DNA of 64,000 bases, from assembly GCA_951406725.2 (NCBI GenBank), contig OX597829.1, positions 6,138,001 through 6,202,000 of the forward strand, read 5' to 3'. This stretch comes from Octopus vulgaris. Taxonomy: Eukaryota. Shown in pieces: positions 46,351-63,249 of the stretch. Numbering within the stretch: the stretch's first letter is position 1; each line of letters starts with the position of its first letter. A model generated the notes under the pieces. It worked only from the letters and a program-made list of their open reading frames with translations. It searched no databases and was not told the origin of the DNA. A program made the position numbers and the translations under genes.

Positions 46351-47105
46351 TAGTAGTATACACTCACACACACACACACACACATATATATGTACATACA
46401 CACATTTACATTTGTTTTTATGAATATACATCCGACCAAACTGACACGCTTATACATAGTAGATTTTGTTTCATACACCTAGTTAAATTTATTTCAAAAT
46501 TTACTTTCCTCTATTCATTCACGTTTCAAGATCATGTTGGCCTCATGTTTTGTATAAAGCAGTTTTAGTGAGGCTTGATTCTTGATTTTGCAACAAGGGG
46601 TCGTCGAAAGGAGGTTCTGCTTGGTAAATCCTCATCTTTCATTTTTTTTACACTTTTTACCTCTGCTATAATTTGGTGCAGAAATGTAATAAGTATATTT
46701 CCATTCTTAAGCATCAAATACTTAATATTTTAGTATTATGTCGAATTCAGTACTGCATGATGGCTTTATCAACAAATATTTTCTATCTAGTTATGTCATA
46801 TGTTTTATTCTGTGTTAACTTTGGATTTCTGTTTCCCATCTAACAGTTTCAGAAAATCTTAACATATACAACTTGATAGTTTTCATTTTTGTTGGTATAG
46901 TAGACTACATTCTACTTAAAATGTTTCATTTATTCAGGTGTGTAAAACATAAACATACATAATGTGTATACAAATGTCGAAAGGCACAAGCTGTAATACA
47001 TATTCAAATATACATAACGATATGTACATGCATATATGATACATACATACATACATACATACATACATACATACATACATACATACATACATACGTACAT
47101 ACATA

Positions 47106-47151
<46 letters not shown>

Positions 47152-47161
47152 TGTGTATATA

Positions 47162-47196
<35 letters not shown>

Positions 47197-47198
<2 letters not shown>

Positions 47199-47350
47199 CG
47201 GGAAGCTTTATGAAAATAAACAAAAGACGATGGCAGGTGGAAAACAAACGAACAATTGTATTAGTATGGCGCTCAGGAAATATAAATAAAACAAGTCTTT
47301 AACGTTTCGAGCCTACGCTCTTCAACAGAAAGATACACAGAGAGAGAAAA
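47197..47350 (-). mobile_element. short hammerhead-bearing element (family E) in (TA)n
   Basis: begins aacgggaagctttatgaaaata (stub also at ~9657-9690); contains a hammerhead-like motif. Confidence 0.65.
47296..47333 (-). ncRNA. minimal hammerhead-like motif with variant core CUGUUGA
   Basis: UCUUU-CUGUUGA-A-GAGC guag GCUC-GAA-ACGU-U-AAAGA. Confidence 0.65.
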
Positions 47351-47365
47351 TATATCTGGATATGC

Positions 47366-47407
<42 letters not shown>

Positions 47408-47989
47408 GCATATCGAAATATGAATTCATAATCATGAATGCATTGATCTGTATATATATATATGTACATCACATACAGATAATACATATGTGTGTTGTAT
47501 GTATGTATGTATGTATATATATATGTATGTATACAAGTGCACTCACACATGTGCTACACATTTTAAGCCATGAGTTTACTTTTACCTCTTAAGCAAAAGC
47601 AAAGAACCTACAATGCTCGATATTTCTATATATTTCTTTCCTCGTTGCCAGTGAGTAAATTTCACAGTCTGCAGTAGTTTTCGACTTACTCATGTAATAA
47701 ACAACTCGGAGAGGCACTGAAGCTAATCTCATATTAATTTCAGGATGGACAATGACGTTGACAGAATTCTTGATGACTACTATTTAAAGGATTATCCTTA
47801 GCAACCGTTGGCTGGCTGCAGGCAGCACGTGAAAATCCGAAGTGGCTTTAAATCCTACACGCCAAAAAATCAATGTTGGCTAGCCAATCAGTCATGCAAA
47901 CTGATTTCTAACTAATGTGTGTTCAATTTTGTTTTCTTTTAGCAGTTATGTGTGTGTGTGATTGTCTGCCTAAAATTATACGTATATAC

Positions 47990-50831
<2,842 letters not shown>

Positions 50832-51169
50832 CAACAATTGAGGGTAAAATTAATTAATTATTAATCAATTTCACCAAGTGTTTAGTATGCAAAGGGACCA
50901 TTTAAGGCGAATTACACACGTTTATATATGTATTTATATATATGTATATATATATATATGTATATTTATATACGTTATACATGTACCCAGAAAAACTTGC
51001 CTGCTCCTACTCATATATTCATTAGCCTCCCTCTTTTTTGTGTGTGTATGCATCTGTAGTCTTGTATGCGTTTGATTTGTTGTGCTAATCCGAAGATTAA
51101 ACACAGCTAGGTTTAAAGAACTCAATACATACATAAAGGGGAATTACTGTATATATATATATATATATG

Positions 51170-51862
51170 TATATATATAAATTTTGTACGACTCTATTAT
51201 TCTTTCTATTTTTTCATTCTTTCTTTTTTTCTATTAGCCCTCTCACACATGTTTCGTTCATTCCAATCTTCGTTCTTTCGTTCACCCTCTCTCACATTTC
51301 CTGGCCTTTGCTTCATGCTCACTCTGTCCCTTTTATTTTTTCTTGCTCTTCCTTAATTCTTCTATCCCTCTGCTTCTACCCCCCCCCTCTCTCTCTCTCT
51401 CTTCTCTCCCCACGTAAACGGTGTTCGGCCAAGCCTGACCTTTCTTTGTTGGTTCGACTACCATCCATGCAAAATCTATATTCCTTCCTGTGCCTGTGCA
51501 AACTTATATTCCTATCGTAAGGCTTTACTTCCACACACGTCAGTTTAATTTAATTCGTCCTTAGTCGAAAGGTACCTGTTGTTATGTCCAGTTATTTGCA
51601 TTTGTATTTGTGTAACATTTATCCGTTCTTTTGCCGTCCTTGTTTTCATATACATTCACTGATTTCTTCCAAAGAATCTAATGCGCTTAGCTTAGTTTTT
51701 CCTTGGGAATGGCTAGATTGGAGCAATCTCGAGTATAACCAGCCGAAATAGCAAAGATAATTATGGAACTCAACTGAGGAAATAAAACTCCGAATGACCC
51801 GTCCTTGTTTTCTTTCCATCGTCTGTCTGGATTTTTTGCGTTCTTGTCCCATTTTTTGTTTT
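51170..51862 (+). mobile_element. unclassified (TA)n-flanked repeat; 3' part shared with 19897-20020
   Basis: cagccgaaat...actgaRga...gaatgacccg motif in both copies; both end at TA repeats. Confidence 0.5.
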
Positions 51863-51920
51863 ATACATACATACATACATACATAAATACATACATACAT
51901 ACATACATATATATATATAG

Positions 51921-51980
<60 letters not shown>

Positions 51981-51988
<8 letters not shown>

Positions 51989-52653
51989 TGCTTAATGTTG
52001 GTATATAGATTTTATATATTATAAGGGAATGCGTAGTCAGGATTTGTATAAGAATCATTTATTTCGCACATTCGTTCCTTTCAGGAATTCATCAACATTC
52101 ATGAAGAATCCTTCAAAGAACAGAAGCGCTATATCGATAGTTCTTATCCAAAGCCAGACTAGCTCCTTCATCTTTAAATCTGAGTGTATGTGTGTGTTTG
52201 TGTGCGAGTGATTAAAATATGTTGATGCTTTGCACTCCTAAATCGTGAAACCCTTACCAAAGAGCGACTACTTAGGCAGACGCATGCTTTGGACAGTAGT
52301 CAAATAAGTAGTGCAATGCGGTCATCTGCAAGGGGTAGCAGAGAATCACCATCAGAATGGTGGATGCAGCGATGCGTTGTTACACCACATGTCCCTACTA
52401 CACATACACACACATATACACACACGCACACAAACATACACACACAGAGATTTAAAGATGAAGGAGCTTGTCTGGCTTTCGATAAGAACTATCGATATAG
52501 CGCTTCTGTTCTTTGAAGGATTCTTCATGAATGTTGATGAATTCCTGAAAGAAGCGAATGTGCGAAATAAAGGATTCTCATTCAAATCCTGACTGCCCAT
52601 TCTTTTTTAATATATGAAATCTGTACACCACCTTAAACAATATATTTATATAT
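51981..52653. repeat. inverted repeat: arms ~51981-52210 and ~52421-52653, spacer ~210 bp
   Basis: e.g. aggaattcatcaacattcatgaagaatccttcaaagaacagaagcgctatatcgatag versus its reverse complement; diverged at the outer ends. Confidence 0.93.
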
Positions 52654-55290
52654 CAGCCTGAAAGATATTTCATCGTCCAGGGAGCAAGAACGACCGAGTG
52701 TGCTTCCCAGGTATACAAACTTATCTAGCTACTTTCAGTCTTGTTCCTTCAACTAAGATAGCTGAATCCACATATAGATTTTCTGGTGCAGGCTGGAACA
52801 TTACAACAGTCTTGTCCAGGCTAATGCTGAGTTCAAATGTCTTACAAGAAGCAGAAATATGGTTCATAAGTATTTGCATGTCATCCACTGTATGAGTGAC
52901 TAAGTCACAGTCATCTGCATAAAGGAGGTCACGAATAAGAGACTAGAAAACTTTTGAGTTGGCAGCAAATCGGTGCAGATTAAAGCGGTGGCCGGAAGAT
53001 CGGTACCTGACAAAGAATCCCAGAGAGCTAACCTTAGCAAAGGCATGAGTAAAAGGAGCAGCAAAGTGCAAAGAAAAGGGAGCTGGGGCAAGGATGTCAC
53101 CCCGTTTGACACCATTCTCTACAGGAATGGGTCCCGCCATGCCACCACCAACATTGACCCAAGCCTCCATCCCATCGAGAAATTATTTAATTATAGATAC
53201 AAAATGATCTGGACATCCAGGTTTGCCAAGTATTTTATATAGCAAGGCCCTATTCGCAGTGTCAAAGGTCTTGGTTAAATCAAGGAATACCTGGACAAGA
53301 TCCATTTCTGCTCATAGCACTTCTCCTTCATCTGTCTCGCAGTGAAAATCATATCCTCCACCAGATCGGAAGCCACACTGAGATTCAGATAGGACATTAT
53401 TTACGAGATACCTATTCAGGCGGGTAAAAAGAATATTTGTCAGAACCTTGCCAGAAGCTGATAGTAGAGCAATACATACAATGTAGTTACCCTACATTAT
53501 TCTGGATCCCTTTCCTTTACAGAGAAGAAGAAGAATTGCATCCTTCCAGTCCTTAGGCATTCACGAACAAAGTATTTGATGCAATTACTACCAAATCGCA
53601 AGATCTCAGCACAAATTCCATCCATTCCTGGTGCCATACCAATATTTGATTTACTTATTACTGTCGTTATCTCATCTAGTGAGGGCGTGGAATTTAAGCA
53701 GCCAATTATAGGTCTTTGTTGCATTGTATCAGTCACTGTTTCATCCACAACTAGCTCATGGTTTAGGAGTTCAGAGAAGTGTTCAATCCAGCGATGTCTT
53801 ATGATTCGGTAAATAAAGTAGAAGACTCCTTTGAAAGCAAAGGAGCTGATGCAGCTCATTTGCTTTCCAAGGTGTCTTCTACTTTACAGAGCTTTAAGGC
53901 CCATAAACTTGCTTCATAAGACGAGAAAGCTTCTTGCTGTCATTTGCATCAGCAGCAGCTTGAACATCACGAGCAAGATCCTCCCACTCAGTGTTTTGCA
54001 TCTTTCCGAGATATTGTTGCAGTAGTGATTTTACACTGCTATAGTGGGCAAGTGATAGATTTCGCTGTACAGCTGAAAGTTCTCTGTGCAGCAATACACT
54101 GTGGGCATGGTGCTTTACAACCAATAGTCACTGAAGTTCTGTATCTTTTTCATCAATCCAATCTCTGTATCTGGCAGTAGCATATTCCAATGCTTCAGAA
54201 GCACGTTGAAAATCTTCCCATACTGTAGTATTTTCAATGCTGGAGAAGCGAGCCTGAAGATCTTTTCTCTGCACAGCATCATATATCTTGTGGATATTCA
54301 GACGCCGAGGTATGCTAACTTTCACCTCTTTCTTTCACTTTAATCATCATCCAGAACTTTGCTCGCTCCAGCATTTTGTGGTCTGTCCAGCATTCCGAGC
54401 TGTGAAAGGACTTGATATTACAAATGTCATACATGTCACGCTTGCGGATGATGACATAATCCAGCAAGTGCCAAACTTTAGATCTTGGATGCATCCACAT
54501 TGTTTTTCGATGTAAAGTCCATGTTTATCGCAAAGCTCCAGCAGCATGAGACCATTACTATTCATTTTCCCTACACCAAAACGTCCTAGAGAGTTCCATG
54601 TTTGCCAGTCTGTTCCAATCCTGGCCTTGAAATCCCCCAGTAGAATGACTTTATCAAAATTGGGGATTTTCCTATTTCTCTCAGCTGGGTATAAAGAATA
54701 GTTTTATCTCCATCACAACTAGTCAAAGTAGGTATTTAAGCACTTATTAGAGTAGCAAACCGCCCACCTTTCAGGTACAATCGTAGAGTCATTAGACGTT
54801 CATTTATGGGAACCGGAAGCTTCTCCACTTCTTAAGGATATCAGATCGAACTGCAAAGCCGACACCAGCCTCTCTGCGCTCCTCCTTAATGTTATAGCGG
54901 TTCAACTAGCCAGCAAACAAGTGCAGTGTGTCTTTCAGGCCTACAATCACTCTTGTTATCTAACAGAATGCGTACATTCCAAAATAAAATGTTAAATTTT
55001 CATCCAGATTTTGTAAAAAAAAAGTTTCTTTGTTTTTTCGAGCGCAGGGTGGACATCCGTCAGTCGCGCTAAACTGACCAAATATAGAAAGACAATTTCA
55101 CCTTTTCTAGAATCTCCGTGGCCCCAAATGGGGCTGCTCAGACATCCATGCAACAACCGAATCCTATCGCTGTCTTGGGCGCCAAGGAGGCGACTTTATA
55201 TCTAGCATGGGCCGCCTACGTGCAGGTCGCTGACTACATGTTTCAAACCTGTCAGGTCTGCATGCTTCATCACTTTATATCACCGAAGGA
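52654..55290 (-). mobile_element. RTE (BovB-like) LINE pseudogene: 5'UTR, APE endonuclease, RT; 3' part missing
   Basis: FWNVRIL, REAGVGFAV, INERLMTLRL, VILLGDFKARIG, WMHPRSKVWHLLDYVI, CWTDH, APGMDGI, ESQCGFR, NGVKRGDILAP, LLYADDC, FVYLGS. Confidence 0.93.
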
Positions 55291-55397
55291 CTTCTGAATA
55301 AAAATAAAATAAATATGTACCAATAAATAAATAAATATATAGCAAGAATAAATAAATGTATACTAAAATTAAAAATATATATATACTGAAAATAAAA

Positions 55398-55770
55398 TTC
55401 CTATACATAAATGACAATTTCTTTCTGTTTGTGGTTATTTTTGTTTGTTACTGTAACTCCTCCGAGACTATCCGACCGATCTTGATGAAACTTAACACGT
55501 GTGTGAGGCTTATGCCCATGCGGTCACTTACGTACTTGAAATTTTTTAAAAATCGATAATTTTTAACCAGAATCGATTTTTCAAAAATCAATAGGACATT
55601 TCAATGCAAATTCTCATATGAATGTTATTTTCTGCCATAACTTTAAAAGTTTTCAACCGATTCTCTCGAAATTTCATATACAGATGGAAATTGCGCTAAC
55701 ATTGGGTTGAAATAAATAATTATTTTTACGCAAATGCATAGAAACGACGACGACATGGGTTCGCTACCAG
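55398..55770 (+). mobile_element. probable non-autonomous Helitron-like element
   Basis: tcctatacataaat start; ccgatcttgatgaaactt and ccgattctctcgaaatttc cores. Confidence 0.45.
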
Positions 55771-56789
55771 ACTCTGCTTATTGTTTCGTTAAATTGGTCC
55801 TACCCATTAATATAGATTTCGATTTTACGAAAAATGCCGATGATCGATATATTTGACTTATTGCTTCGTGAATGAATTTGCTTACGCCTTCTATTATCAG
55901 TCCTATGTCTTGGTTTCATTTTTCGTCTGAGAGAAATTAGGCATTGTAATGGGTATTATCGGCTACCTCAACTAGGAGTGGTGATGTAAAGCAGCACTTA
56001 AAGAGCAGAGGTCATTAATGCCTGTGCATAGTTTTAGGTCCAATAAGGCTTGCACGACACCTCATAACCTTCTCCACTCTATTGACATCATCCAGAGACA
56101 AGCTAGAGTGAGATGTCTGGTGCCGATATGATTCGTAGGCTCAGGGATGTAGAGCGCCATGACCTCTAGCACAAACCAAAGACCTCCAAAATATTCAATG
56201 CTATTCTCTGCATATCTGGTTTTATATGAGTGTGACCATCTCCTAGAGACATGCTTCAAAAGAAGCTGACGAGTGCTTCACTCCCAGGGGTCTTCTAGCA
56301 GGCCGGACACCATACCAGAATTTCTGCATACCCTGCTTTTGCTAGATTGCCGTTGAGCCTGCACTAGGTTCACCCGACCGTTCAGCTGGTCTTGTTTTGA
56401 ATCTTGATGGATTTCTAACAACCCCCTTCACAACCCGACCATGGAACAGTTTGTACAGATAGACAGATAGATAGAAACAGGCATACATACACACACACAC
56501 ATACATACATACATACATGCATACATACATACATGCATGCATGCATACATACATACATACATACATACACACATACATTACATACATACACACATACATA
56601 CACACACACGTACATACATACATACATACATACATACATACATACATACATACATACATACATACATACATGTATATCTATACTCCATTAAAAGGGAACT
56701 CGAATCTTGCTTGCTTGCCATGTTAGCCCCTGACATGTGAATACGAACGGAATAAAGCAAGTTTCGCGTAAATCAGACAACTGGTAAGT

Positions 56790-59700
56790 AAACAAATAAG
56801 ATAAAGGTGGGAAATAGGAAAAAAAAAATTAAAACGACAATGTTCTTCTCAATACGTGTGCCCAGTTACCAGTTAAGACAATCTTTTGCACATCCTGCGT
56901 AGAAGATAATTTAACCTCAGGCCTACCTGAGGGTCAGCGTAGAGGATCTGGTGTCAGGTTTGCTCATTAGTATCCTCCATTGTAGAATTTCCAAGTGGTA
57001 TATCTGAACGAACCATGTTATGCCGTATAAAACTGACAAAAGGTAGGTTTCTTACAGTATTTATGCACGGATGAAACGGAAGAACAGTTTTATGATGAAC
57101 TAGTATAATTACTGAGGAAAATACCAATTTCTGACAAGCTGGCCATATTGGGAACTTTCAACACAAGAGCTGAAAATGACTACATTTTATGACCTGCTTT
57201 AGGCCGACATAGGATTGGAAAATATATTAAAAATGAGTAGCTCTTTTGACGTTGTATACTGAGAATAATCTGATTGTCACTAACACTTTTTTAAGCAGAA
57301 AAATAAATATAAAACCACCTGCATCTATCCAAGATCTAAGCACTGGTATCTCATAGATTATATTCTGATCAGAAAGTGTGATATGAAAGATGTTTCTAGT
57401 GTCCGGGCCATTAGAAGAGCAGAAAGCTGCACTGACCATCGTTAGTGCATGGAAAAATACATTTTTCAATAATCATCATCATCATTGTTCTACCGTGGTC
57501 GAGACAATGGAATTTACTATGTTACACCAGACTTCACAGTCCATCATTGCATTACGGAGGTCCTGTTGCTGGATGCCTGTATCCCTGGAGATTACATGAG
57601 GGTAGGAGAGTGTGCGCCATCTGGTATCGCGAGCAGAGGGAGAAGAGGAGAAATTACCTCGTTTTCAGCTCTACAACAATGTCCAGCAAACTGGACTCTT
57701 CTACCTTTCACAGGAGATGATACAGTTGGTAGTTTCCCATATATTTGTACTTTGGTTGAATGACGCTTCCACGAGAGATTTGGAGCTCTCATAAGGAGGC
57801 GAGAGTAAGTTCCATCCAACCGCCTCTCAAGCTTCTTTGATAACGTCCAGGTTTCTGAGTCATATAGCAGAATTGGTTCGACTGTGATTTTGAAGATTTT
57901 AAGTTTGAAATCTATACTTAGATTTGATGACCAGATCTTATGCATATCATTACAGGTTGACTAGGCCATACCCTTTTTAGTTAGAAAATCCTTTTCAGAT
58001 GATGATATGTATGACCCAAGATATTTGTAATCAGAAACCATATTTAAGAGCGTATTGTTGAGAGTATGGATGATGAAATCACTGTTGGACAGGCACTTGT
58101 TTACATATTCAGTCTTGGACTCATTGAGGTAAAGACCTACACAATTTGAGGCTTGTTCAAGAGATTGTAAAAGAGACTGGGCATTGGAGAGAGAATCACT
58201 GATAAGAGCGATGTCGTCAGCAAAGTCAGTGTATGTTAAGTGTTCAGCTGGGTGTCTGGAACTTCTTCTAGGTTTTATTTCAATGATACTTAAAAGTCGA
58301 CAGTCTGGTCCCAAAAGTAAAATGTTGTAAACTTTAAATTACAAAACAACATGCAAAGATTCCATGATGCTATAGAAAGTATCAATCTTGATCCAAACAA
58401 TTTATGGGAAGATTTCAAAACAAAAGTATTTCAGGCTGCTAGTTCGTTAGTGGGATTTAAACCACGTAAGTCTAGAGACTGGTTTTCAGACAAATCACCA
58501 GCAATTCATGATCTACTTTTAGAAAAATAAAACTTAGGCAATACACTTCTTTTTGTCTTTGAACCCCAACTCAAACGAAGCTTACAGGAAGTTGAAAGGG
58601 AAAGTGTAGTCTGCTCTAGGGAAAATTATGTAGGAATGGTGGAATGACAGAGCAAAATGGGTGCAAGAAGCAGCTGATTAAAATGATGCCAAGTGTTTGT
58701 ACTCTGATGTTAAGGAGGTATATGGCCAAAATCGTCTTCAATAGCTCCAGTGAGAACAGCGAATAGACATTTGGTTTTGACTGTCACCACTTCTATTCAT
58801 AAGCGATGGGGAGAACATTTTCCTGCATCTTAACATAAGGATGATAAAAAAATCGAAGGCCGGAGAACTGTGGAAGAGCCTTACGACTGGAATGATGCTA
58901 TTTTAGTCTCCTGCAATAAATCGAGACGAAAGGATCTTTGTGGCAATTTTCGTAGGATTTCGCTTCTGTCTGTAGTTGGAAAGGTAATTGGTCGCATTCT
59001 GTTAGAAATTTAAATACTTTCCTAGATCTAAACAAATCTCAACGTAGTTTTCGTTCCTCCAGGGCACAGTTGATTGTATGTTTACTATTACACAATTGCA
59101 CGAACTTGAGAAGAATCTTGACCAATAAGAATCTTTGCTGATCGAAATGTTCTGTGGCTAATTCTAAAGAAAATAGGTTGCCCAGAAAAATTTGGTAACA
59201 GGATCAGGGCTTTGCATCAAGATATGAAAGCTAGAGTTAATTTTGGTGATAGGCTCCCTGAATCGTTTGCCGTGGAAAATGGAGTAGATCAGGGAGACCT
59301 TGATACACCCATCCTCTTTGCAATATACTTCGCTGTTGTTCTGTCACACGCCTTTCAAAACTCCGCGAAGCGTATTTACACAAACTATCGAACAACAGGG
59401 AATGTTTTTAATCTGACCAGACTGAAATTCAAAACAAAGGTTTTTACCTCACTCAGACTGCAATCTAGTCAATCATTCTGAAACATACCTGCAATCTCTT
59501 GTATTTGCGTTTGACTCAGTTTGTGATGATTTTGACTTGACCGTCAACTTGAAAAAACAGTTACGATTTGTCGACCTGCGCTAAATTTTTCGTTAGGGGT
59601 AAGTTACTTGGGTTGTTGACTGTTTCATCTACCTTGGAAGCTCTGTGCAAAATCTGGACACCGAAATACATATGCGAATTCAAAGGACAACACAAACATT

Positions 59701-60530
59701 TGGTCTATGGAGTCCCGCATTTGGGGCCAACGTCATATAAATAATAACACATAGTTTGTCTTACCGTCCTTGTATTCTTCTGAAACATGGACGTGTTATG
59801 AAAGACATTTCAAATTGCTTTAACTGTTCCGCCAAAAATGCCTTCGCCGCATTTTAAACACCAGATGGGGCTTTTGTTTTTACTTCAGACACAGATGCTT
59901 TTGTGTCTGCAGGCATTACTTCAATTATATCAATGATTTGAAAAAAGAAAAGGCAAATGAGATGGTCTGACCATATTTTTCGAATGACGGATGAACGCAT
60001 GCCCAAACAGCTGCGTTATGGCAAGTTTGCAGAGGGAAAATGCAATCGGTGTAAACTTGAAAAGAGGTTTAAGGACCGTATAAGGACTACCATGAAGTTA
60101 CTTGGAATGGATCCAAAGGCCATAGAAACCCTTGTTTCGGATCGAGCTGGATAGCGAACAAAACTGTGGAGTAGAGTGAAAGCGTAAGAGGAGGCCAGGA
60201 TAACACATACTAGGCTGAAAAGGGATTTCAAGAAGAATGTTGCGATCGAGAAGGTGAATCACAATAAAGTTTTTGTATGCAGCTTCTGACAGACCACGCC
60301 CTTTTATTGCTGGGCTCAAACCTCATTTGCGGATCCATGAAAAATTTACCTCCACCTATTACCCTGTCTGTGTAATTGTGCACATATTTCAATGCCGTGT
60401 ATGCCATAAGGTCTGCAAATCTAAAGTAAACCTCAAGAGATATTTCAAGATCCACAAAGATCAGAACTTAAGTGCAGCTCCTAGTTGTGCAAATCGGATA
60501 TGCAATCTTTGTGAGTGCCCTTAAAAAGCA
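56790..60530 (+). mobile_element. RTE LINE, degraded, interrupted
   Basis: endonuclease motifs (GSGVRFA, ILGNFNTR, YPRSKHWYLIDYIL), RT (CGNFRRISLLSVVGK, MHQDMKARV...ENGVDQG, FIYLGS), C-terminus RWSDHIFRMTDERMPKQLRYG. Confidence 0.88.
57471..58277 (-). mobile_element. second RTE-clade LINE 3' fragment nested in the + strand RTE
   Basis: LTYTDFADDIALIS, GLYLNESKTE, YKYLGS, VEPILLYDSETW; (ATG)n tail; possible TSD tttcaat at 57464-57470 and 58278-58284. Confidence 0.88.
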
Positions 60531-60681
60531 ACATCAGACGCCATGGTGGTTCTAAGGTGTAGGTATGTATGTAAGTATGTATGTATATGTGTATGTATGT
60601 ATGCATGTATGTATGCATGTATGTATGTATGTATTTATGTATGTATGTATGCATGTTTGTATGTGTATATATATATGTATG

Positions 60682-60743
<62 letters not shown>

Positions 60744-60899
60744 CGTATATATAACGGATTCTCTCGTTGTGAACGACAAATGTTCCGTAATATAAAGCGG
60801 TAATCATGTTCTATGGATACGCAGAGCATATGTCTTTTGAGGCTTGCTGGTGCCTTGCAAATCGTTTAGCAAACAGAACAAGTTGAAACCTCAGTTTGC

Positions 60900-63170
60900 T
60901 GGAGTGGTTGGGGATCATTTAATAGGTGTTTTGTTGTTAGTGAACAGCAAAGCCTACTTTACTCCGTACCACAAAACCACAATGACAAGTAAGGTTTTCA
61001 TTTAGAGGAGCATAGTTTTTCAAGCATGCCTTCTTGCTTGCATGATGTTAGTCGTGACGATGGAGTCGATATTGCAAAAACTTTGAACTGAAGAAAAGCA
61101 AGACTAGCGCCAAGTCCTGCATTCTGATGATTTGTTTTTCCAGGAAGAAAAGGGAATAGTGCATCACTTCAGATTGTCTTTTAGTTTGTCTTTGAAGCAC
61201 AAGAATGGCCTTCTAACTGACCTTCCTGTTGGTAATTGGCCCAAGAGAAGTTGCTTCGAAATTCTGAAATCACTCATATGTAGGAGATGATCCAACCATC
61301 TAAGCAGTATCTTGATGAGAATCGCTTCAATACCTGATATTTTGCATTTTGTTAACACCTCAATGTTACGAATATTGTCGCTCGGTTTTATGTTGGAGAT
61401 AGTACGCTAGCATTGCATATGAAAAGCGTCACGCTAATTGCTTTCGGTACACGGTTCAAAGATCAACACCATAAAGCAATGATGTCAAAATCACCGACTT
61501 CTATACATCGGCTTTGACTTTCAACTATATATCGTGTCTGTTCCAAGACCTATGGGTAAATATTACCGAAAGAGGGACTAGCCCTCCCGATTCTGGACTC
61601 AATTTCTTTATCCAACTTAGCATCATTATCCAACTTAGCATCAATGAAAATAAGATAAGTGAAATAATAAAGAGTTTTAATGGTTTTAATCACCATACAT
61701 AGTAGGGGCAACAGCAAGAGTATGGTTGATGGAAAATAGGTTGATGCATGCAAGAAATTGTTTAGAAGCCATTGCATATCCTCAAGATTGTTTGCTACAA
61801 CTATACAATCGCCTGCGACGAACAGATCTCGAATTTTTGCACCAAACGCTAAAATTTCGATTTGAAGCACTCTACGTTGAACAAGCCACCAATGGATCTG
61901 TACTCAAACTTTATTATTTCTTTAACACTCTCGAACGCTGTTTCTAACATGGCGGGGAAGTACAAAACAAATAAGAGCGGTGCAAGAACTTAGCCTCGTT
62001 TTCCCCATTGGAGACTGTGAATGAATTGGACACTACCCATCTAGGTGTATCAGGAGCCATCATCCCTTGATGGAAAGAAATGATGACATTGGCTATCCTT
62101 GCGAGAACAACAAACTTTCTAAGGGCAACCCAAAGTGTCCAAAGTGCATCCCTAGATATGGTGTCGAAAGCTTTAATTAGATCTAAAAAAGTGACAAAAA
62201 GGTCTAGGTTGTACTGACGAGCCTTTTCCTGCAGTTGACTCAAGCTGAAAATTATATCCACTGAGCCTGCACCAGCCCAAAAGCCACACTGAGATTCTAA
62301 GCAACACTAAACTGATAAGGGTAACATTTAGTCGGTTCAAGATAACCCGTCCAAGAGCGGTACCTCTGTGGTTGTTACATTCACGTTCACATTTGTTACA
62401 AATGCGCTTATAATGATGGACAATAGAAGCGTCTTTCGAATCTTGTTGGAATGATCCTGATTCCAAGACTAAGGAGAAGAGTTCACATAATTTTTTCAGC
62501 AAGAGATTGCTAACACATTTGTATATCTCGGATGGAATATCATCGTTCCATTCATGTGTTGCTGTATGGCCTTTTTGTTTTGTTATCTCAGCATCTGCTG
62601 GAGTAACTGATAGTTCTTCAAGGACAGGCCTCTGTGGTAGGTTGTTGATCGGTTATTCATCAACAACTGAGCCCATATTCAGAACATTTGAGAAATGCTC
62701 TGCCCAGCGTTTTGCTATCTTACTTTTGTCTGTTAAAAGATTACCTTTTATTGAAAGCATGGGAGTTAAGCCATCAGAAACAGGTCCAAAAACACCGTTC
62801 AAATTCTGATAGAGTCACATCTGCCCTCAGCATCCTGCAACTCTTGTTTCTTTTTTCACCACTGTGTCTGTTTCATTTGCCTCAGTTGGGATTGGCATGT
62901 ATTTATGGCTTTTTAAAGCTCGTTGCGCTTAGTGGGATTATTTTTGTTTCACATTCATTGACAATGACACTTGTCATATTGTTCTGAAGAGGAGAGATGT
63001 TTGGATCATTTGAGTCGAACCAAACTTTATACATCCTCTTAACATACCAAAGTAGTTCACAAGACGATTCAAACACAGCATTTTTAAAAGCAGACCACAT
63101 CATCCCATATGAATATATCACAAACTACGCGCTCATTGAGGTCACGGGGTGGGGAGAAGTTTATCATGGA
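60900..63170 (-). mobile_element. RTE LINE, degraded
   Basis: DIIFSLSQLQEKARQYNLDLFVTFLDLIKAFDTISR, LDKEIESRIGRAS, ISGIEAIL..LLRWLDHLLHMSDFRISKQLLLG. Confidence 0.88.
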
Positions 63171-63249
63171 TAAAGACTCCGCTCAACTGGCTACGTAGCT
63201 CTTTATCTTATGTCCCCAGACGAATCAAAATCAAAACTAGAATTTATTT

